DNA of 56,614 nt from an uncultured Erysipelotrichaceae bacterium (lineage in GTDB: Bacteria > Bacillota_I > Bacilli_A > Erysipelotrichales > Erysipelotrichaceae): NCBI GenBank assembly GCA_949296305.1, contig CASFOT010000138.1:1-56614 (forward strand). The letters run 5' to 3'. A program made the translations under genes and the position numbers. The notes under the pieces are model-generated. The model was not told the origin of the DNA. It saw nothing but the letters and a program-made list of their open reading frames with translations, and made no database searches. Positions 9,631 to 17,963 of this stretch are shown here, one piece after another (position 1 is the first letter of the stretch; every line of letters begins with the position of its first letter).

Positions 9631-10612
9631 TTGTTTCCTCCTCATAGATGATGTCGAAATATTGCATTAAGTGTCCTTCGCTCATCCCTGTATCATATGC
9701 GCGATCTTTCAAAACGTCACAAAGAATGTTACTATCTTCACCATCAATGATACATGCATACGCAGCTTCGATTGCTTTCATTGCAATGTCAATTGCCTCC
9801 TCATAAAGATCAAAGAAAGAAGCATTGCTTGAAATCGAAGAATCACAAGGATGGAGCCAAAAACGTTTTTTCATATTCATAACATCATAATGTTCATCAA
9901 TCTGAGACGGCACGATACTTCCAGAGATCTTCCATTTTTGTCTCATAACCTTTTCTACGGTATTGATCATTTTATAGCGGCGCCCATTTGGATCATATAA
10001 CAATTTTTGAACCTCTCGCCAAGAAGTCAAAGTTTCACGAAGATCATGGACCTTGACCTCGGTTCCATAAACTTGCTTTGAACAAGGTACATAAATGCGT
10101 GCAATCGCTTTTAACATATCTTCATCGAATGTACAGATATCGTAGCTATGCCAATCTTTAATGCTCATCGAACGTTTTTCTTTTAAAACGATTGCATCAA
10201 TCATAGACTCCATACGATGATGATAACTTGCACTTTTCCCTTTACAATCGCCAGTGCGATAGAAGATGTACGGATGGGTTACCATATCAAGCGCCCAATG
10301 ACATAGATGACCAAACAAGTACGCCATCATATCTTTTCGTACATTCGTCACTGTTTGCCGTGTGATGCAGTGGATTGCTTCGTCATAAAATGCATTGATT
10401 TTTTGAGCATGCATTTTTGATCCCAAGCGATTTAAAGCATGAGATTTATAAGACTCCCATGGTTTAGCATGCGAAAAAAACAAAAAATCCGGTCCATTGG
10501 CACCTATAGCAAAGAGATGAGGATTGCGATCGATAATCGCAGTAATCTCTGTATTTTTTTCATTTTTTGCTACATCTTGTGCAAATAAAACATGAGTGAT
10601 GATGTTGGGCAT
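9617..10612 (-). CDS. Zinc-dependent phospholipase C family protein
   Basis: MPNIITH N-terminus, GANGPDFLF, GHLCHWALD..HPYI, HHRMESMID. Overlaps the dipeptidase start by 14 nt. Confidence 0.8.
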   Translation of the reverse strand: MPNIITHVLFAQDVAKNEKNTEITAIIDRNPHLFAIGANGPDFLFFSHAKPWESYKSHALNRLGSKMHAQKINAFYDEAIHCITRQTVTNVRKDMMAYLFGHLCHWALDMVTHPYIFYRTGDCKGKSASYHHRMESMIDAIVLKEKRSMSIKDWHSYDICTFDEDMLKAIARIYVPCSKQVYGTEVKVHDLRETLTSWREVQKLLYDPNGRRYKMINTVEKVMRQKWKISGSIVPSQIDEHYDVMNMKKRFWLHPCDSSISSNASFFDLYEEAIDIAMKAIEAAYACIIDGEDSNILCDVLKDRAYDTGMSEGHLMQYFDIIYEEETNETL

Positions 10613-10767
10613 ACAACGCCCTCCTTTCCACTTTTCTCCATTATAGCACAAATAAAATCATTCGGAGGACTCCATAATCTTGTTCTTATGTTTATAAAAA
10701 TTTTATTTAGGCTCTCTCCCCTGTATTTCATCAAACCTATGCATAGCATAACGCAGGAGGTGATAGT

Positions 10768-12813
10768 ATCGCAACCGGTTACCTGCAAATCGAAGTATCG
10801 ATTGCTGATGAAGCTTTTGCTTTAGAAAATGCATTGATTCGAGTCTACAAAATCAATCAGGGGGAAATCGTTTATGAGAATTTCTACGTAACCAACCGTG
10901 AAGGAAAAACCACAAACATTCCTCTATATGCTCCCGATATTGAGCTTTCTCTTGAGGAAGAAAATGATGTTCGGCCTTATGAAACGTATAATGTGGAATT
11001 CCGGCTGAGCGGATATGAAGTACAGGAGATTCAAAATATCCAAATTTTTGCTGAGGAAGCTTGCTATCTCCCGATTCATCCGACACCGACCAGAAGACAA
11101 GTCTTTCCAGGTAGGTCCATATCTCCAATCATTGACCATCATTTATTAACGAATTATGGTGGAAACAATCAAGGTCAGATGCCAATGAACCTTGGAAGGG
11201 TACGCGGTGAAGTAATCATCCCGACTTTCATAACCGTTCATTTAGGCAGACCGCAAAGCACTGCCGAGAACGTAACGGTCCCATTTCTTTATTATCTAAA
11301 AAATGTAGCCAGTTCTGAAATTTATCCAACCTGGCCCTATGAGGCACTAAAGGCAAACATTCTGGCACAGACTTCTCTGGCTCTCAACCGAATTTATACG
11401 GAGTGGTACCCAAGTCAAGGATACGATTTTGACATTACGAATTCAACTGCTTTTGACCAAGCATTTGTAAAAGATCGCAATATTTTCGATTCTGTTTCTG
11501 AAGTAGTAAACGAAGTATTTAATTTGTATATTCAAAAAGCAAACTATCAAGAACCCTATTATACCGAATACTGTGATGGCAAAATCGCTACTTGCCCAGG
11601 CATGAAACAATGGGGTACCCTTTCTTTAGCAAATCAAGGTTATACAGCTATAGAAATCTTGCGTTATTATTATGGTGACAGCATCCAAATTCGTGAATCG
11701 AATAACATCCAAGACATGAAGGCATCCTATCCGGGAATATTGAAAATCGGATCCCGCGGACAAGAAGTGATGGAAATGCAAGAATTTTTAAATGCCATCG
11801 CAATCAATTATCCAGCTATTCCGGTCATCTTCCCTGTAAATGGCATATTTGGAGAAAGTACAGAAGAAGCGGTACGAGTTTTTCAACGGCAATTTAACTT
11901 GACCGTGGATGGAATCGTCGGCAAAGCAACCTGGTATAAAATCAGCTATATCTATGTTGCTGTTCGCAAGTTGGCTGAATTAACGTCGATCGGTCGCATT
12001 GAAAATCTCTATAGCGGCCAATATCCTGGAAAGGTTATAAAAGAAGGCGATCGAGGCGTAGAAGTACAATTGTTACAATACTATCTATCTTGTATTTCTG
12101 TGTTTTATCCGCAAGTTCCTAATGTTGACATCGATGGAAGATTTGGTGCACAGCTGACCAAAGCAGTCGAAAATTTTCAAAATACTTTTGGCCTGATCGT
12201 CGATGGTATTGTCGGCGCAGCAACCTGGAATCGCATCTATGCAGTCTATGAAACACTAGAAGATAAAATTGTACCTGATGAAAGTATACCAGAATATCCG
12301 GGTCTTCCTTTGCAACAAGGAACAGCCAATGAAAATGTACGTCGGATCCAAAGCGCATTGAATAATGTCTCCTCACAATACCCAAGCATTCCGCCAGTCG
12401 TAGAAGACGGTATCTATGGAAGTGCTACAGCGAGTGCTGTCCGAGCTTTTCAACGTCAATTTGGCTTAACGATCGATGGTATTGTTGGACGACAAACATG
12501 GGATAAGCTCTTTGAAATCAGTGCACTGATCGATACTGGAGAAATTGACAGTGAAGAAATGCCGCCTTATCCGGGAACCTTATTACGTACAGGATCGAGA
12601 GGAACTGCTGTTTTGCTGATGCAAGAACGATTAAATGGCATCTCAATCTATTACCCAAATATTCCTGAATTAGATGCTGATGGTATTTTTGGCACCGCAA
12701 CCAAGCAAGCGGTTATAGCTTTTCAACAGATGATGGGTATTCAAGCAGACGGCATCATCGGTCAGCAGACATGGGAATTGATCAATACCGTATATAGCGA
12801 ATTATTCTTTTAA
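10768..12813 (+). CDS. sleC: SleC-like spore cortex-lytic enzyme with four peptidoglycan-binding repeats
   Basis: ITVHLG.P..NVTVPF..YLKNVASSEIYPTWP..LNRIYTEWY..ITNSTAFDQ..YCDG..QWG..ILRYYYG, plus four YPG..FQ...DGIVG..TW repeats. Start placed at ATC 10768 (see findings); the ORF track starts at TTG 10834. Confidence 0.85.
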   Translation: MATGYLQIEVSIADEAFALENALIRVYKINQGEIVYENFYVTNREGKTTNIPLYAPDIELSLEEENDVRPYETYNVEFRLSGYEVQEIQNIQIFAEEACYLPIHPTPTRRQVFPGRSISPIIDHHLLTNYGGNNQGQMPMNLGRVRGEVIIPTFITVHLGRPQSTAENVTVPFLYYLKNVASSEIYPTWPYEALKANILAQTSLALNRIYTEWYPSQGYDFDITNSTAFDQAFVKDRNIFDSVSEVVNEVFNLYIQKANYQEPYYTEYCDGKIATCPGMKQWGTLSLANQGYTAIEILRYYYGDSIQIRESNNIQDMKASYPGILKIGSRGQEVMEMQEFLNAIAINYPAIPVIFPVNGIFGESTEEAVRVFQRQFNLTVDGIVGKATWYKISYIYVAVRKLAELTSIGRIENLYSGQYPGKVIKEGDRGVEVQLLQYYLSCISVFYPQVPNVDIDGRFGAQLTKAVENFQNTFGLIVDGIVGAATWNRIYAVYETLEDKIVPDESIPEYPGLPLQQGTANENVRRIQSALNNVSSQYPSIPPVVEDGIYGSATASAVRAFQRQFGLTIDGIVGRQTWDKLFEISALIDTGEIDSEEMPPYPGTLLRTGSRGTAVLLMQERLNGISIYYPNIPELDADGIFGTATKQAVIAFQQMMGIQADGIIGQQTWELINTVYSELFF

Positions 12814-12835
12814 AAAAGGCCTCAATGGGCCTTTT
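12812..12835. terminator. Bidirectional terminator
   Basis: AAAAGGCC-tcaatg-GGCCTTTT between convergent genes. Confidence 0.75.
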
Positions 12836-13349
12836 AATCTTTCTCTTGCTCCATGACCAGCACTTCAGCAGATACGACAATTTTTGTATACTTGTAATAA
12901 TCAACTTTGGCTCTTCCATTTGAATCGAGCAGATCAATAAATGTCTTTTTATCAATCAAAAATTTACATTTTTGCCCGTTCAAATCCTTTCCTTTGATCA
13001 TATAATCCGTCTTCCCATCATCAAACACGCTTCCTCTATGCAATATATACTTATTGAAAATAACCGTGTTGATCTGTTTATGATAGAAATCAAGAGATGT
13101 CAGCAAGAGCTTTCGAACAGCAAACCACAAAGAAAATAAAGCTAACAGAGGCAAGATCACCATAGAATACCCCCATCCGATTTGAGGAAGTTTGACGATT
13201 GATAGAACTAATACAGAGACAAAGAAGATAAGGTAGATCACCCCTTTGCAAAAATTCATGATCAATCCCTTTTTTCCCTGTTTTGGAAAATAAAAAGTAA
13301 ACAAAATCAGCACCATAGCAAAAGTAAAGAAATATGTCACATCTATCAT
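12834..13349 (-). CDS. Hypothetical membrane protein (about 3 TM segments plus a basic C-terminal domain)
   Basis: Hydrophobic N-terminal segments, GAGGGGG RBS before the VMIDV start, AT-rich sequence. Confidence 0.65.
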   Translation of the reverse strand: MIDVTYFFTFAMVLILFTFYFPKQGKKGLIMNFCKGVIYLIFFVSVLVLSIVKLPQIGWGYSMVILPLLALFSLWFAVRKLLLTSLDFYHKQINTVIFNKYILHRGSVFDDGKTDYMIKGKDLNGQKCKFLIDKKTFIDLLDSNGRAKVDYYKYTKIVVSAEVLVMEQEKD

Positions 13350-13938
13350 CACTAGCCCCCCCTCATCATCTTCTTTCATAGTTAAGAAAAAAGATATCCT
13401 ACCAATCTATTTTAAAATATATTTGTAAATGCTTCAATTTTTTAAGCATCTGCTTCCCGTTTTGAAAATCAGATCACAGTTTAAGAACATCGATTCTGAT
13501 CATTGCCATTTGATATGATTGCATTACGATGGCAGTGCTAAGAATCGATTATTTTTTCTTCGTTATTTTGTTTCACTGATCATCTTTGTCAACAGGAACC
13601 CTACCATAACATATTTCATTATTGTAGAGTTAGAAGTGATAGCATCGATCAAAGAAGCGCTGTCAACACCTCCAAAATCTAACTAGATTTCAGAAACGAT
13701 AATACATTTTCGCTCAACCATTAAAAATATACGCACATTTTCTTCTTTTCTTACTGTTTTCTAAAATAATGAAGCTTCTGCTATGATAATCGAAGCTCAT
13801 CTGTTTTCTTGAAAAAATCCGCATTTGATAGATCTGCAACGCACCATTTTCATCTCTTGCTTATTTAACCATGATCATGCAAATAAAAGACTATATTGTA
13901 CCAAACCGTTATGAGCACTATGAACATTTCTAATTAAA

Positions 13939-15426
13939 TTACTCAATAACGTTCTCCTTCAATAATTTTTCAAGACCATGCAACAGCACATATTCGGCAT
14001 AAGTATCCATGCTGCAATAGGTAAGAAGTTGTTGTTTGATTTCTTCTCGCTGTTCTTTCGAACATCGCTTCATCGCACGATATTCTTTTACAGCATCCAT
14101 GCCGAATGAAATCTCTAATTGTTGATACGAGAGATCGGAAAAAATCGGCAAAAGGGTTTTCAGTGAATACATGCCATGCATCTTGACATGATGAACGACA
14201 CCAGCAGAAAACAACAAAGATAGATCGACCATTCGATCACAAACAGCACGTAAGCGTGTCTCGTATTCTGGAAATTGTTTAGCAAGCTGAAGAAGACGCA
14301 ATTTTTCAGCGCCTTCCATATTAAAAACCAAAATATTTCCTTGGGATGGCAGATCTCTCAGCAACTGTTCTATAAACGTAATACGACAATCTTCTTCTCC
14401 TAAAAACTCATGATGAATCAAAGCAGCGCCTGGATGCTCTTCCACATGCATGCTATATTGAAAACATAATACATCATACGGTTTCATCCCTTCATATGGC
14501 GGAACAGCGTATGTATCCCATTCAAAATCTAAATAGGTTAATGGATATACAACTGTTTTTTTTAACCAGGTACGCAATGCCAGATCATCAAAAGCAAATC
14601 CTTCATTTTGAGCTGCACGAATTTGAGCAAACTGGAAACGAAAACCTTCTACTCTTTCTAAATCTGCATCTTGCAAGCGTCGGATGCCTTCCTCATACAT
14701 TTCTAATTTATGGGCCGACTGCTGCAAATACAAAATCGAATCATCCGGCAATGCTTGAGGAAAACAATGATCGAAATAATGGCATTTCCCCCCGCGTGTA
14801 CAAACGTTTGTACGTTTGGGTGACGGAGAAACTTCTTGATCAATAACCGCTTGACAAGCTGCACTGACAGATGAGAGGTCACGCATCAGCGGATCACACA
14901 ATTCTCGGATAGTATGACGCAGTTTATTTTTTTGGTTAAATAAGCGGTCGCTGACCATCAGCAATGAATGAATATCCAAACGATCTTTTCGCACATAATT
15001 GGCATTCAAGCATAAAACATATACATTCTGTATCGGAATCTGCAAAGTTTTTAATACCATCAGCTGATCTGCAATTGCCTGTGCCTCATTTTCATGAGGA
15101 TAACAAGTACGATAACCAAAATAAACATCAAAACCCTGCTCATTTTTACGAAGCAACGTGATACGAACACGCACACCTTGTGCTTCAAAACGAGCATCAA
15201 CTAAATTATCATATGTATCAAGTGCTTGTAAGGCACGACTCGGGTCATCTCCGACTTTCCCTTCATAAAACTCTTTTAGACCGAAATAACGGATAGTTAA
15301 TTCTCCCATCGACGCACATGGATGGATAAAAGAGAGATACTTTTGCGTCTCATGACGAGAACGCCACAAAAGTATTGGACAACGCTCATATTTTCGTAAA
15401 TCGCTTAAATGAATCATTCTTATCAC
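13939..15426 (-). CDS. DUF2779-domain predicted nuclease (Cas4/RecB-like N-terminal part plus RNase H-like exonuclease domain)
   Basis: YLDFEW..AVPPYEGMKPY....FQYSMH, FNMEGAEK, RMVDL, GMYSLKTLLP, YCSMDT. N-terminal RCP plus a C-x5-C-x5-C cluster. Confidence 0.8.
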   Translation of the reverse strand: MIRMIHLSDLRKYERCPILLWRSRHETQKYLSFIHPCASMGELTIRYFGLKEFYEGKVGDDPSRALQALDTYDNLVDARFEAQGVRVRITLLRKNEQGFDVYFGYRTCYPHENEAQAIADQLMVLKTLQIPIQNVYVLCLNANYVRKDRLDIHSLLMVSDRLFNQKNKLRHTIRELCDPLMRDLSSVSAACQAVIDQEVSPSPKRTNVCTRGGKCHYFDHCFPQALPDDSILYLQQSAHKLEMYEEGIRRLQDADLERVEGFRFQFAQIRAAQNEGFAFDDLALRTWLKKTVVYPLTYLDFEWDTYAVPPYEGMKPYDVLCFQYSMHVEEHPGAALIHHEFLGEEDCRITFIEQLLRDLPSQGNILVFNMEGAEKLRLLQLAKQFPEYETRLRAVCDRMVDLSLLFSAGVVHHVKMHGMYSLKTLLPIFSDLSYQQLEISFGMDAVKEYRAMKRCSKEQREEIKQQLLTYCSMDTYAEYVLLHGLEKLLKENVIE

Positions 15427-15441
15427 CCGTTTCGCTCTTCA

Positions 15442-16407
15442 TTATAACATAGAACGATCCACGGTTATATAGCGGGCAAGCATTCGTTTACATTCTTGAA
15501 TGATCCGCTCCCGCATTTCATCAGGAGCAAGCAGCTCAACATCTTTCCCTAATTTTAATACTAATTCCATTAACGCATAATCGCTTTCCATCCAAGTCTC
15601 TACCAACAATGTCTGATCATCTTGCCAATATTTATGGCAAGATACCCCGATCGACTGTTCTGCCAATGTTCTAGCTTTTGCTCCTTTGACAAGCAAACGG
15701 GCAAAGATCAAATGTCCTTTGATCAAACCATTTTCGCCGATATATTTTTCTAATGCAAACCCTGGATCACGAGAAAATGAACGATCTTGTATCTCAAAAT
15801 CGTACATACGTTGGTCACTGAAACGAAAGAGCCGGTAGTCATGTGCCTTCAAGGAATAGGCTAAACAATAACAAGCACCTTGATAATAAAGCAGTTCATA
15901 TGGATGAATCAAAATCGTATACGGTTTTGCATCTGATAAGGGCTGATAAGTGATCTTAGCACACAAGCGATGCGAAATGGCTTGCTGGCATCGTTTGACA
16001 TATTTCTGTTCTTGATCACTAATATCAGGCGCTTGAGGAAACACATAGATACCGCTGCTTGTAACTTCTTTTTTGTCGTTTGCCAGCAGTTTGTCTAAAG
16101 CTGAAGCAAATGCATCCAAATGCAGAAAATCTGGATGTGACCGCAAATATCCACGTGCTTCCTGCAGCGCTTGTTCCTCTTCTTCACTAAAAGCTAATGA
16201 AGGCAACAAGACTTCTTCCTTGAGTTCATATCCGCCATAGCGCCCTCTTGTCTGTGTTATCGCATATCCGGCAATTTCAAGTTCTTTACGAAATTCAGGT
16301 ATATTTCGCGGATTGGTCTCCAAAACATCTGCCAGTTCACTAATCTTCATTCGTCCTCGTACTTTTAACAATTGCAGCATGCGGATACATAGTGCTGTAC
16401 GATTCAT
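15442..16407 (-). CDS. WYL-domain transcriptional regulator (HTH-WYL-WCX)
   Basis: N-terminal HTH (ISELADVLETNPRNI..L..AGY.I...RGRYGGYEL), IHPYELLYY..CYCLAY..YRLFR, C-terminal LGKDVELLAP..MRE. ATG 16407 after AGGTGGG. Confidence 0.92.
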   Translation of the reverse strand: MNRTALCIRMLQLLKVRGRMKISELADVLETNPRNIPEFRKELEIAGYAITQTRGRYGGYELKEEVLLPSLAFSEEEEQALQEARGYLRSHPDFLHLDAFASALDKLLANDKKEVTSSGIYVFPQAPDISDQEQKYVKRCQQAISHRLCAKITYQPLSDAKPYTILIHPYELLYYQGACYCLAYSLKAHDYRLFRFSDQRMYDFEIQDRSFSRDPGFALEKYIGENGLIKGHLIFARLLVKGAKARTLAEQSIGVSCHKYWQDDQTLLVETWMESDYALMELVLKLGKDVELLAPDEMRERIIQECKRMLARYITVDRSML

Positions 16408-16434
16408 TTTCCCACCCTTTCTATACAAAAGAAA

Positions 16435-16776
16435 TTAAGCATGGTAGGCAATAAAACGACATGGGTATAGACCAAATCCTGGCCTTGGTTCATGCAATAC
16501 CGGAACAACCCCTCGATAGGCCAATGGTGCGACCATCTCACCAATCCCACGATCAAGAGCAAATCCTAATGCTTCATCTACTTGACATGCTCCAGCATCG
16601 ATCAATACATTCACAACATCCAGATTTCTTGTAAAAACTGCATGCAGCAAAATCGGATACCCATTAAAGATCCAACTAGGATCTGCGCCAAAATCAATCA
16701 ATTCTTTTACTTTTTCTGCATCTTCATTCCATACTGCGCTTAATAGTTCCTTTGCCAATTTTCTTTCTTTTGTCAT
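16435..16776 (-). CDS. Small ankyrin-repeat protein
   Basis: LLSAV..EDAEKVKELIDFGADP..GYPILLHAV..NLDVVNVLIDAGA. Confidence 0.8.
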   Translation of the reverse strand: MTKERKLAKELLSAVWNEDAEKVKELIDFGADPSWIFNGYPILLHAVFTRNLDVVNVLIDAGACQVDEALGFALDRGIGEMVAPLAYRGVVPVLHEPRPGFGLYPCRFIAYHA

Positions 16777-16910
16777 GTAGACACATCCTTTCTGATAACG
16801 TCTACAATATATCATCATTTCCAACATTATTTATGCCGTAATAAACTTTACCATATTTCTTTACCATTGCAAAGAAAAAGACACTGCTTTTTACACTGTC
16901 TTTTTCTGAT

Positions 16911-17390
16911 TTATTTTAAATATTGATGAATCGCTTCCTCCAAAGCGCTCGCATCTGTATCCAGATCATATAACAGCAAATAGTCTCCATCAAGCATCCC
17001 TTTGTACTGCATCTTCTGTCCATTGCGCTCTACATTCACGATACTGTCTGCTTGTAATTGCTGAGCCAGACGCTGCATATCAGCATCCGCAGTATCAATG
17101 TAATACAAATACATTTGTTTTCCATTCGCTAAAAAGCTTCTGCCCTCATATGCAGCAAAAGGAATATCTTCAATGACCTCTTCTTGATCAATTCCATTTT
17201 GTGCTTCTTTTAAATACTGCATAAGATCTTCAATATTTTTTTCACTTTCATTTACCGCATCATCCATTGTGTCTTTTGCTTTTTCCGTCGTATCTTCTAT
17301 TGATTTTTCTACACTTTTTTCCTGATTCGCACATCCGAAAAAAATCAATGAGCATGCGAATAAAGCGCATACTAGCTTCATCTGTTTCAT
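16911..17390 (-). CDS. Uncharacterised acidic lipoprotein (candidate spore lipoprotein)
   Basis: Signal peptide with lipobox IFFG-C, AGGAGG RBS, and a SigG-like promoter upstream. Confidence 0.8.
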   Translation of the reverse strand: MKQMKLVCALFACSLIFFGCANQEKSVEKSIEDTTEKAKDTMDDAVNESEKNIEDLMQYLKEAQNGIDQEEVIEDIPFAAYEGRSFLANGKQMYLYYIDTADADMQRLAQQLQADSIVNVERNGQKMQYKGMLDGDYLLLYDLDTDASALEEAIHQYLK

Positions 17391-17412
17391 ACTTGCTACC
17401 TCCTGACATTGC

Positions 17413-17441
17413 TATTATGCGGATTTTTTTCTTTTTTATAC
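17413..17441 (-). promoter_or_regulatory. SigG-type promoter
   Basis: GTATA-N17-CATAATA on the minus strand, 22 nt upstream of the lipoprotein ATG. Confidence 0.6.
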
Positions 17442-17457
17442 ATGAAAAGAGAGGTTT

Positions 17458-17781
17458 TCACCTCTCTCCTTCCTTTTTAACAAAAGATACGCGTTCTGCA
17501 ATCACTTCGTAATTGCGATAGGTCACTCCATCACGCTGATGCATTCGGCATGCTAATCTGCCTTTAATAGCAACGACGTCATTGATCGTACAGATATCGC
17601 AAGTAGTTTGTGCAATACCTTTCCAAAGAGTTACAGCAATTTCATCTTGTTCATAAATTCCTTCACTATTTGCGAAAGGACGATCTACTTTCAAGATCAT
17701 CGTCGCACATTGATATCCCCCAGAAGTTTCACGCATCACAGGCAATTCAATGACCTTTCCTACTAAAACTACAACATTCAA
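17458..17781 (-). CDS. ssb: Single-stranded DNA-binding protein (short form)
   Basis: MNVVVLVG..P..R.T..G, VTLWKGIA, VAIKGRL, EVIAERVSF OB-fold pattern. No acidic tail. Confidence 0.85.
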   Translation of the reverse strand: MNVVVLVGKVIELPVMRETSGGYQCATMILKVDRPFANSEGIYEQDEIAVTLWKGIAQTTCDICTINDVVAIKGRLACRMHQRDGVTYRNYEVIAERVSFVKKEGER

Positions 17782-17963
17782 TCAAAACACCTCCCTCCGG
17801 TATGAGTGCATACTCATTTCTATCACCCCCATCCACATGTGAATTCTACCATTTTATATCTGTGATTCCCAAACTGTCTATTTGCATAAAAATGCTTCTA
17901 TTTTAAAAAAAACTGCCATATAATGACAGTTTTCTCATATAAATAGTCAAATACGACCATTTA

